From: a virus
Taxonomy: Duplodnaviria; Caudoviricetes
Direction: 5' to 3' (one strand)
IMG/VR virus record: IMGVR_UViG_3300032007_000036
Coordinates: 1-64,000 of that record
DNA length: 64,000 bases
Shown in pieces: positions 46,132 to 53,919 of this stretch. Position 1 is the first letter of the stretch, and every line of letters starts with the position of its first letter. The notes under the pieces were generated by a model, which was not told the DNA's origin, searched no databases, and saw only the letters and a list, made by a program, of their open reading frames with translations. Position numbers and translations under genes: made by a program.

Positions 46132-47625
46132 TTATGCGATGTATCTGTAGCCCGACGGCGTTCCAGAGTAGGTCTTGTACTTGCTATCACTGAAGAGCGC
46201 ATCAGTGACAGACGAGAACGTACTGACCTTGGTGTCTTTCGGCAAACTTCTTCCAGTATTAAGGAAATCCAGAGCGAAACCACGTTTGTACGTACCCATT
46301 GGAGTGGAGTTGCCAGGAAGCATAGACAACTGAGACGAGGTATATCTACCTCTTGTTCTCATGTTGTTCGTCTTCATGGTATCCTTAAGCACGAATGCCG
46401 AGTTGGCAGCATTCGATGCAGTGGAAAGAAGCGCTTTGTTCTCAGACGTATTGAACACGAGAACACGATTACCCTTAGAGTCAACCATGTGTGTTCCGTT
46501 CGTCTGGAACTTGGACAAACCTTGCTTAGAAGTAGGCGTTAAATTGCCCCAAGGCCCGGGATATTTATCGCCATAAGAGTTCCAGATCTTTCCGAGTTCA
46601 GCGGGACCACCTCTGGAGATGGCTGTACCTGCTTTCATCAGTCCGTCTGCTGTCGCAGAGACAGTGACCATGGCTTTCTTAATATCCGCTAATCCTGTCT
46701 TACCAGAAGTGTTCTTCAATCCGGCAAGCAAGCTGTCAGGACCAGTCATGCTCTCAGGAAGAAGTCCTTCAACAGCATTGAACACTGCAGGAGCACCCAT
46801 CTTGAGAGCTGTGTCTCCAAGGGCAGAAAGTCCTTGGTTGAGAGCAGCCTTCTGGATACCTTCGAAATCACCGTTGACGATACCCTGAGCCAAGCCAGGG
46901 CAGCCGAGCATATCGTTGAGAGCAGATGTTAAACCATCCTTGAGTCCCTTGATAGCCCCATCGATGATTCCGAGAATATCAGGAATTGCAAATCCCTTCG
47001 ATCCGGCAGTATTAGGACGTTTGGGGCATCCTCGACACTGCGGGAACGGTTCGCCAGAACAAAATGAATTACAGAATTGATCAATTGCACCCTGAACCAT
47101 TGGACTGTTCATGGTGTCCTTGATCGAATCAAGCCAAGAACTTTCCGTAGGCACGCCTTCTGCATCGGCCATGGTCTGCAGGTCTGCATCTGTAGGATGC
47201 GTCTGCTTTGAAACGTTCTCGATCTTGTTGGCCAGATCAACTGCCTCTGCTGGAGTTGCACCAGCAGCTATTGCTGCCTGATAAGCATCTCTAGCTTTCT
47301 TCTCCGCAATACGTTCAATGAGGTCTTGCTTCTCACTGTCCGTCAAGTCAGCTACTGTTTTGACGGATTTAGCATCCTTAACATCATCGGCAGTAGCTTC
47401 ACCTTTAGCGGCAGCAGCCTCAGCAGCTGCTACATCAGGAACACCTTCCTTACTTACAGGAACAGAGGTTGTCTTCTTATCGTTGAACTGGCCTATCGTG
47501 TATTCATGAAGTTTACTGGTAACCGTCTTGGTGTCAAGCGCTTTCTTGACGGATTCCTCAACCTTCTTGGAGTTGAGTTCAGAAACCCGTTTGAGAGCAC
47601 CAGACAAACTTCCAAATTCAAACAT
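46132..47625 (-). CDS. Hypothetical, possibly virion, protein with a central Cys cluster
   Basis: 497 aa, Ala/Gly-rich, with CxxxC..CxxC. Confidence 0.6.
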   Translation of the reverse strand: MFEFGSLSGALKRVSELNSKKVEESVKKALDTKTVTSKLHEYTIGQFNDKKTTSVPVSKEGVPDVAAAEAAAAKGEATADDVKDAKSVKTVADLTDSEKQDLIERIAEKKARDAYQAAIAAGATPAEAVDLANKIENVSKQTHPTDADLQTMADAEGVPTESSWLDSIKDTMNSPMVQGAIDQFCNSFCSGEPFPQCRGCPKRPNTAGSKGFAIPDILGIIDGAIKGLKDGLTSALNDMLGCPGLAQGIVNGDFEGIQKAALNQGLSALGDTALKMGAPAVFNAVEGLLPESMTGPDSLLAGLKNTSGKTGLADIKKAMVTVSATADGLMKAGTAISRGGPAELGKIWNSYGDKYPGPWGNLTPTSKQGLSKFQTNGTHMVDSKGNRVLVFNTSENKALLSTASNAANSAFVLKDTMKTNNMRTRGRYTSSQLSMLPGNSTPMGTYKRGFALDFLNTGRSLPKDTKVSTFSSVTDALFSDSKYKTYSGTPSGYRYIA

Positions 47626-47639
47626 GATAGGTTCTCCTG

Positions 47640-48344
47640 TTAGACGTTACAGTCGATGTGCATCCCTCGGAACAGCACTTTGACCATGTCTGCAGACCTT
47701 ACTCTTGTACGAGGATCTAGAGACTGAAGAGTAACTCGGCCGTTCTCCTGCATCTGACGCTTGAAATCACCGTAAGCAGTTACGTCACCACCACGAACCT
47801 TCACTACTTCAAGCATAGTGTTCTTGAGACCACGAACACCAAGAGACTGAATCTCAGGTGCAGAGATAGAGCAAGCCTTATCCTCGCCTACAACCTGCCC
47901 TGACAAAGCATCAACTGTCTTGTCACGTGCAGGGACTGCAAGCTTCTTGTCCCATTCCTGCTGAGCACGGCGAATAGGAAGAGTAAGGACAAGATGCTCA
48001 TCGTTGGTAAGATACTTGCGACCAGTGACTTTGTCCCTGAGCCACAGACGATGAGCCAACTTGAGCCCAACTACCTTGGAAGCATTCACGAGATCAGAGA
48101 TCTTGAGAACCTTCTTCATGTTGGGAGCAATGAGGTTAAGCTGGTACTCTTTCTTTCGTATAAGTTCCATGAACTCAGCAAACTTGGTATCAGACATACC
48201 TCCAAGAAATTCTTTCCACCTCTTGGTATTGTCACCAGATGGATCCATGGCCGTCATCACCTTCAAGATGTATTCAGTAATCTTCTGACGCTTCTTCTTG
48301 GGATCTTTGACAGCCTCTGTAGCAGCTACAACTTCTTCGGACAT
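47640..48344 (-). CDS. Virion RNA polymerase beta C-terminal subunit (phiKZ gp149-like)
   Basis: RRAQQEWDKK..VDALSGQ..SISAPEIQSL..GL..TMLEVVKVRGGD parallels the RpoB C-terminus (HLVDDK..QQP..GEMEVWAL..TLQEMLTVKSDD). Confidence 0.8.
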   Translation of the reverse strand: MSEEVVAATEAVKDPKKKRQKITEYILKVMTAMDPSGDNTKRWKEFLGGMSDTKFAEFMELIRKKEYQLNLIAPNMKKVLKISDLVNASKVVGLKLAHRLWLRDKVTGRKYLTNDEHLVLTLPIRRAQQEWDKKLAVPARDKTVDALSGQVVGEDKACSISAPEIQSLGVRGLKNTMLEVVKVRGGDVTAYGDFKRQMQENGRVTLQSLDPRTRVRSADMVKVLFRGMHIDCNV

Positions 48345-48376
48345 TAGAAACCTCTTTCTGACATAAGCCCTCTCCT

Positions 48377-48604
48377 TTAGTGCCGATACTCTACGTGGAT
48401 AGCCCTTCCGTCACTAGTAACAGTATCGTACTCCTTGACGTTGTGAGAATGTTCGGTAATTGCTCTCTTCTTACGTTGCTTGATAGCATCGTCAATAATG
48501 ACGTAGCACTTACAACTTTCCGACTGAGCTATAAGCTGATCTACGCGTTTCCGCTGAGAACGGGTTAGACTAGCTTCCCATTCCTCCGGAGTAAGATATT
48601 TCAT
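48377..48604 (-). CDS. Small hypothetical protein
   Basis: AAGGTG RBS; late-type ATCTTATG motif upstream at 48635-48642. Confidence 0.55.
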   Translation of the reverse strand: MKYLTPEEWEASLTRSQRKRVDQLIAQSESCKCYVIIDDAIKQRKKRAITEHSHNVKEYDTVTSDGRAIHVEYRH

Positions 48605-48663
48605 AAACAACACCTTAATTTTAAGTTACAAATGCATAAGATAGAACCCAAAAAATAACGAGC

Positions 48664-48690
48664 CGGGTTGTGCCCTAAGGCACACACCCG
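48664..48690 (-). terminator. Intrinsic terminator
   Basis: Imperfect GC hairpin followed by a U-tract on the - strand. Confidence 0.6.
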
Positions 48691-48704
48691 ACCCAGTCAT
48701 TTTA

Positions 48705-49094
48705 TCAGCCAAGTTGGCGCTTCCTCTTCCAAGACATGAGCTTGAGAGTAGGAATGTCCGAGGAGAACGAGGTAAGCACCACGTTCTTGTAACGGATCTC
48801 AACGTTGATCACCGGGCGACCGTTGTCGGTCACGTTGGCTACAACGCTGTAATCCGTGAGATCGAGACGATCTGACAAGTCATGATCGAACTCCGACATA
48901 GCGGTTTCGATCCCATCAAGCAGATCATATTCGTTTTCATCAAACATTTCTACTGTCTGCAGCATCAGACTGTAGAGGGACGCTGACAACTTGGCTACAC
49001 CTTGGGCAGGCGCTGCCGACTCAATGTCTCCTGCCAGTTCCGCAACGGCTCTAGCACGAAGTTCTTGAGCGAATTCGTCATTCAATTTCGTCAT
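48705..49094 (-). CDS. Acidic hypothetical early protein
   Basis: GAGGAGG RBS; overlaps the upstream ORF. Confidence 0.7.
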   Translation of the reverse strand: MTKLNDEFAQELRARAVAELAGDIESAAPAQGVAKLSASLYSLMLQTVEMFDENEYDLLDGIETAMSEFDHDLSDRLDLTDYSVVANVTDNGRPVINVEIRYKNVVLTSFSSDIPTLKLMSWKRKRQLG

Positions 49095-49311
49095 CGTTTT
49101 CCTCCTCTAAATCTTTTTCTGCGTCTTCTGCCTCTTCGAGGGCGCGGACCCCTTCAGGGTCATCGTCTGTTTCCTCCGGAGTGTCCTCCTCTTCATCGTC
49201 ATCCACCGCAGTGTTGCGGAGACATTCGATGCAGAGCTCCGGATCAAACTCGATGCCTTCCGGGTACTCGGACGGGTCGTTGTACCGACCGCATCTTTTG
49301 CACTTCATCAT
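49078..49311 (-). CDS. Small zinc-binding protein with a highly acidic tail
   Basis: CKRC...CIEC followed by a D/E-rich C-terminus. Confidence 0.7.
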   Translation of the reverse strand: MMKCKRCGRYNDPSEYPEGIEFDPELCIECLRNTAVDDDEEEDTPEETDDDPEGVRALEEAEDAEKDLEEENDDEIE

Positions 49312-49348
49312 GTTTTTGATCCTTTCTGGTTATGGTAGATTCACTAGT

Positions 49349-49363
49349 GTAATATAGATTTGA
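49349..49363 (-). promoter_or_regulatory. Early-type promoter (TCAAATCTATATTAC)
   Basis: Exact motif upstream of 49311. Confidence 0.75.
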
Positions 49364-49384
49364 AATGATTTTAAGAATTAACAA

Positions 49385-49545
49385 AAAGAAAAGGAACGCG
49401 GGAAGGATCTACCCGCGTTCCAAAACCCTCTCAGTACAACATCCGACGAACTCTATCACACACGTGTCTACCTGTGCGCTTCATCAGACAGCTATGCAAG
49501 AAGATTTTTTGGTAAACAGATTGGATCTGTTGCCCATAACCACAT
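49385..49545 (-). ncRNA. Candidate small structured RNA
   Basis: Lies between the promoter variant TCAAGTATGTATTAC (49548-49562) and a terminator (49393-49421); has internal stems and no ORF with an RBS. Confidence 0.5.
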
Positions 49546-49654
49546 AAGTAATACATACTTGAAATAGCACTGAATATTCTATAAATGTGGAATAGTATTT
49601 GATATTTTGCACTAATATCATTATGTCAAATAAACCCACTGTTAGGAGGAATCT

Positions 49655-50143
49655 ATGGGAAGTGTAACTTATAGGGTTAAGGTTCCAAGCAAAGAATCTC
49701 TTGAACACCTGATGGCCACTTGGAATAGAGCTAGGATGCCGGTCATCAATGGTGAATGCGAATTGCCCGGTGGAACAGACCCGAAGCGCGCGCAGACGAT
49801 TGACTTTGACAAGATGTCGCACGCAATCACAGATATTAAACCAGAGACTTTCGATCCGAAGACAAGCAGTGTCGCTATCGACGTTGTGTTCACAGGAAGG
49901 ATGTCTCCTGTTATTGCAGATGCTCATGTTCGTGGAGACCTTAGGTTCGTTCCGCGATTCGTGACAATGGTACCGGACAACGGAGGTCCTGTACTCCAGC
50001 GCATCATCACTTGGGATGCCGTTACCCGTCCACCTGAAAGCAAGCTCTTCGATCGTCGACTTGAAGTCGAACGGCAGAAGATGCGGGACGAAGAGAACGC
50101 CAAAGACAAAGCAACTGAACTGAGAAAAAAGAAGGGTAAGTGA
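49655..50143 (+). CDS. Catalytically dead paralog of the gp175-like head protease
   Basis: GECELP..DPK..DKMSHAI..DVVFTG..RFVPR..ITWDAV..P aligns with GEWGHP..DPK..TKVSHHF..DVKPSG..SFSLR..FTFDAV..P of 16414-17247. Confidence 0.65.
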   Translation: MGSVTYRVKVPSKESLEHLMATWNRARMPVINGECELPGGTDPKRAQTIDFDKMSHAITDIKPETFDPKTSSVAIDVVFTGRMSPVIADAHVRGDLRFVPRFVTMVPDNGGPVLQRIITWDAVTRPPESKLFDRRLEVERQKMRDEENAKDKATELRKKKGK

Positions 50144-50153
50144 TTACCTAACC

Positions 50154-50187
50154 TCACCTCTGCTGAGCGAAAGCTCAGCAGAGGTGA
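50154..50187. terminator. Bidirectional terminator
   Basis: TCACCTCTGCTGAGC-gaaa-GCTCAGCAGAGGTGA. Confidence 0.85.
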
Positions 50188-50202
50188 TCTCGGTTGTTCT
50201 TT

Positions 50203-51231
50203 TTACTTCTCGAACACGATATCGATCAGATCATCTGTCGGAACCGGACTGTTATTGTCCATCTTGTCAATGATAGACGTCAAGTTGAACGACATCAGAC
50301 GAATCGGCACTTTCGACATAACATTCAGAACCTTGCTCAAGCAAGCAACATCTCCGTAAGTGAACTTGCCGTCACCTACGATATCGTAACTCAACTGGCT
50401 ATTGATAATGGTAGACAGTAGACCCCATCTGGTGTTGTATCCATCAGGAAGATCAACTGTGTCCCACACCTTCATAGCACGAGCAACGATCTTGGCCATG
50501 TGACTCATCTTGAGAACATTCATAGCCTCATCATTGGGATAGGTTAGCTTATCCAAGTTCTCGAGGTACTTCTTAGCTTCCTCTTCCTCCTTGGCCTGCT
50601 CAGCAGCTTCTCTGATAGCAGCTTCCCTTTCCTCTTTAGCTTCACGGATCTTTGCATTCTCTTCATCGTTGAAATACTTCTGCTCATCCAGAAGCTCAAA
50701 GGTAATAGGAGACTCAGTCGGAAGCTTAGCTGTCATCGAGTACAGAGATTCGGAAATCTCACCATCTGGTTTAATAAGGAGATACATCCCGTGGAGTATC
50801 CCAGACAGGGCAAGATCGAATACGATCAGTGCCCTAGGGAAGTCCACTGGCTGTGACCTTTTCTTTAGTGAGACATTGCACCTGAAATCCGTATCGATCA
50901 GCTCAGACAGGGCCTGCAGATCGAGTATACAGCGGGCATCGAATTTACGGTCATCTTCGTCAGGAGTGCCTTCAAATGTGCGAAGACATTGCTCCATTTC
51001 GGCATGCAACTTCTTGAGGTCATCAAGAGTAGCAGGTTCAAATGGCTCGTTCTGGAACAGAAGAAGTTGCTTGGTGTACTCAGCAACTGTATTGCCCAGA
51101 GTGGTCAGATGGCAGATGTTCGTAAGTCCGGATATCTGGGTAGTAGCTTCGATCCTGTTGAAGATCCTCCCAGCGGTTGAGATCATACGCAGTTCGTAAT
51201 GATACTGCCTGAACGTATCCATTAGTTTCAT
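50203..51231 (-). CDS. Hypothetical early protein
   Basis: AAAGGA RBS; promoter variant TACATTAC at 51269-51276. Confidence 0.7.
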   Translation of the reverse strand: MKLMDTFRQYHYELRMISTAGRIFNRIEATTQISGLTNICHLTTLGNTVAEYTKQLLLFQNEPFEPATLDDLKKLHAEMEQCLRTFEGTPDEDDRKFDARCILDLQALSELIDTDFRCNVSLKKRSQPVDFPRALIVFDLALSGILHGMYLLIKPDGEISESLYSMTAKLPTESPITFELLDEQKYFNDEENAKIREAKEEREAAIREAAEQAKEEEEAKKYLENLDKLTYPNDEAMNVLKMSHMAKIVARAMKVWDTVDLPDGYNTRWGLLSTIINSQLSYDIVGDGKFTYGDVACLSKVLNVMSKVPIRLMSFNLTSIIDKMDNNSPVPTDDLIDIVFEK

Positions 51232-51290
51232 TTGTGTTCCTTTCAGTTTTTGGTTGATGGACACAAAAGTAATGTATAAATAAAAGGATC

Positions 51291-51326
51291 ATGACGGTTC
51301 TCCCCAGACAAAGGGAGAACCGTCAT
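51291..51326 (-). terminator. Intrinsic terminator
   Basis: ATGACGGTTCTCCC/GGGAGAACCGTCAT stem plus U-tract. Confidence 0.8.
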
Positions 51327-51375
51327 ACTGGTCACATTCTCTGTTTGTTGTGATTAAACACTTGTGGATGCGTCC

Positions 51376-51861
51376 TTAGGCCTCTAAGTAGCAATCTTCA
51401 CATTCGTTGTCAGGAAGTGTAACCTCCTCGCCCGCTTCAAGCTTGCGCATGATGCGAATACCCTCACGGAGTTGACGAAGCCACTTTAATGCATTCTCCC
51501 GACGAGCGCTCTCGATCTTGTCGTCCAGAGCACGGGCAATTGCTATATCCACGACCTTCCTGAGAACCTTGAGGACTGTGACCTGCTTCTTGTCGAGTCC
51601 CTTGGCCTGAATAAGCGCATCGAAGTGATCAGCGATGCGGGTGTACACGTTGAAGAGATCCTGGTTCGTATCGATCTTGTCGATGTCTGCCCAAAGAGCT
51701 TCAACCGTCTGCTTGAAAGCATCACTCTGCTTCTCAGCGATCTTGGTGTAACTCTGGTGGATGGTCATACCGGCATAGTAGCCAGTCGTTCCTTTGGGTG
51801 CAGTGATGCAACCAGTGAGTACTGCTGCAGCGGTAGCTGCAATTGCGATGAGTTTCTTCAT
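51376..51861 (-). CDS. Lipoprotein
   Basis: MKKLIAIAATAAAVLTGC lipobox; C-terminal CEDC. Confidence 0.7.
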   Translation of the reverse strand: MKKLIAIAATAAAVLTGCITAPKGTTGYYAGMTIHQSYTKIAEKQSDAFKQTVEALWADIDKIDTNQDLFNVYTRIADHFDALIQAKGLDKKQVTVLKVLRKVVDIAIARALDDKIESARRENALKWLRQLREGIRIMRKLEAGEEVTLPDNECEDCYLEA

Positions 51862-52652
51862 TTCTTTTCCTTTCTACATTGAGTAGTTTGCATACTACTG
51901 TTTTGTCCGTTTAAATTATTACACAAAGTCATTGAGTTAGCAAAGACAGAATACTTGTCGTACTTGATCTCGGACGAGGCTATCGTAGAGAATATAGTCT
52001 TTGAGATATCTGCAATGACTTCTCTCCTCCACCTGTTGTGGAGCAGACCAACCAGGTCAGGTCCATAGGTAGTCTTGAGGCACATCTTGTCTCTGATGTC
52101 CTTGTACTTGACTAGATGGGTGTAAGGCAGGTTATGGTAGATACCTGTACCAAGTGCGATAGTGATGTCGAACACCTTCAGGATATCTTCACCATCTCTA
52201 CGTTCTTTGGCACCAACGAACATGACATGGTCGTCACGTTTGTCGATGAACCAACAGAACACAGGATAGTCGTAGTCCGATATTCTACACATTCTGCTGG
52301 CGAACGTCTGAAGCTCTCTTTGTGACGGATGGATAAGAATCTCCTCGGCCTTGAGAGTCCGATTCATCACCTTATGGAAATACCTCTGGCAATCCTTGTA
52401 GGAGTAGATGATCTGCTTGTCAAGATCAGCATCATAAAGGTTGCGGTGATCCTTGTTCTTGTTGTAATCTGCCAATCTGATAAGGTAGCATTCATCATCA
52501 GATGTGGCATAGATGAAGTAGAGATCCTCGAAACTCGGGTTCTCATTGAACGCAACTAGGTCGAATGTCCTAAGTCTTGTGGCTTCCCGGATCAGATCTA
52601 AGGTGGACGATTTCCACCACATCTTGATCGCGGTAAAAAATCGCTTGAGCAT
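51858..52652 (-). CDS. Hypothetical protein
   Basis: AAGGAGG RBS, 264 aa. Confidence 0.7.
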   Translation of the reverse strand: MLKRFFTAIKMWWKSSTLDLIREATRLRTFDLVAFNENPSFEDLYFIYATSDDECYLIRLADYNKNKDHRNLYDADLDKQIIYSYKDCQRYFHKVMNRTLKAEEILIHPSQRELQTFASRMCRISDYDYPVFCWFIDKRDDHVMFVGAKERRDGEDILKVFDITIALGTGIYHNLPYTHLVKYKDIRDKMCLKTTYGPDLVGLLHNRWRREVIADISKTIFSTIASSEIKYDKYSVFANSMTLCNNLNGQNSSMQTTQCRKEKK

Positions 52653-52688
52653 AGAGCCCTCCTTATGTTATTGGATAAAAATGTAAAA

Positions 52689-52717
52689 CCAGATCTGGGC
52701 TTTGTGCCCAGATCTGG
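52689..52717 (-). terminator. Intrinsic terminator
   Basis: CCAGATCTGGGC/GCCCAGATCTGG stem plus U-tract. Confidence 0.8.
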
Positions 52718-52727
52718 CCTACAGTCA

Positions 52728-53315
52728 TCACTTTACGTCTTCTTTGGCACTGACGACCTGATTGTAGTTGCTGAGCAACTCATGCAGTCTCGTCATGTAC
52801 TTGATCACGAGCTCAGTGTACGGGACGATCTTGGCTCCAGCGGTCTCGAGGATCTTGGGGTTGTCCTTGACCTCTGGATGATCAGTCACATACCACTTGG
52901 TACCTAGAGCAGCAACTATTCCTTCCATAAGAGCTTTGCTTATTTGAAGCGCAGTGTCATCGTTGAACCATTTGAACAGGTCCACAATGATTCCCATGGA
53001 GATAGTCACTGTCCTGAGGTAATCCATCTCGTCAGGAGACCTAACCTTGTCGTTGTAGAGAGCAGTTGCCTCCTCTTTCCACTTGACATAGGTCTCGTAG
53101 ACTTCCTTGGAAGATCCGTCAAACCTGAACCAGAATCTTGTTTCAGGTTTGTCATCGACACCAAGAAGGATCTGTGGTTCACCACCGTGTTCCTCAACAC
53201 AAACGATTGTCCACAGAGGCTCTGTGTCTTTCAATTTAGGAAGGTCGGCCAGTTTGACTGTCTTAGCTTCCTGGAATCTGATATTCAGGTCTGAAGTAGT
53301 TGACTCTTGTGGCAT
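52728..53315 (-). CDS. Hypothetical protein
   Basis: Start MPQES after AAGGAAGG. Confidence 0.65.
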   Translation of the reverse strand: MPQESTTSDLNIRFQEAKTVKLADLPKLKDTEPLWTIVCVEEHGGEPQILLGVDDKPETRFWFRFDGSSKEVYETYVKWKEEATALYNDKVRSPDEMDYLRTVTISMGIIVDLFKWFNDDTALQISKALMEGIVAALGTKWYVTDHPEVKDNPKILETAGAKIVPYTELVIKYMTRLHELLSNYNQVVSAKEDVK

Positions 53316-53919
53316 GATTGCCTTCCTTCTCCCATACAGCAGATGGGTCGTAACCCTCGATAACACCAGTTGTAACCTTGAAGGTGTATACAGGGACATC
53401 CACGTACGCATCCGGATCAACGTAGATCCGCATCTTGGTCATACAGTAGACATCAAACTTGTCCTTCAGGTAGGAGTGCCACCGAGGAAAGAGTTTTACC
53501 ATAAGCCGTGCAAACCTGCCAGCTACAAGTGTTGAAGCCATCACACTGAACACCTGAGCGTAGAACCGCTCTCCAGCATGTTCTACAACAAGGGACATGT
53601 ACGGATTGCCTAGAGTATCGACTCCGTTCCTAGTAACTTCAAGTCTGAACCTAGGATAATGGACATTGCACTTGATCCTCTTGAACCAATAATCCACGTT
53701 CTTGAGAACGCGCTTGGTCATGCTTGTACGGCTTCCTCTGAGTCGTCCAGTGTAGAGACGCTCATTCTTCTCATTGATCAGACTAGCCACAAGTACAGCA
53801 GCGTATCGGAGCTTCTTGTAGTTACTGAGAATGAGAGCGGACTCAGGTCCCTCAAGGGTTAGGTCATCACCTACTTTCCTTGGGAACCATCGTCCGTATA
53901 GATCAGTTATCTGGTTCAT
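53263..53919 (-). CDS. Hypothetical basic protein
   Basis: ATGA overlap with the gyrA-like gene. Confidence 0.65.
   Translation of the reverse strand: MNQITDLYGRWFPRKVGDDLTLEGPESALILSNYKKLRYAAVLVASLINEKNERLYTGRLRGSRTSMTKRVLKNVDYWFKRIKCNVHYPRFRLEVTRNGVDTLGNPYMSLVVEHAGERFYAQVFSVMASTLVAGRFARLMVKLFPRWHSYLKDKFDVYCMTKMRIYVDPDAYVDVPVYTFKVTTGVIEGYDPSAVWEKEGNHATRVNYFRPEYQIPGS

Noticed and set aside
49440-49495. CTGATGA on the - strand as a hammerhead ribozyme core
   Set aside because: No matching GAAA and cleavage-site elements; the motif is instead paired within a stem.
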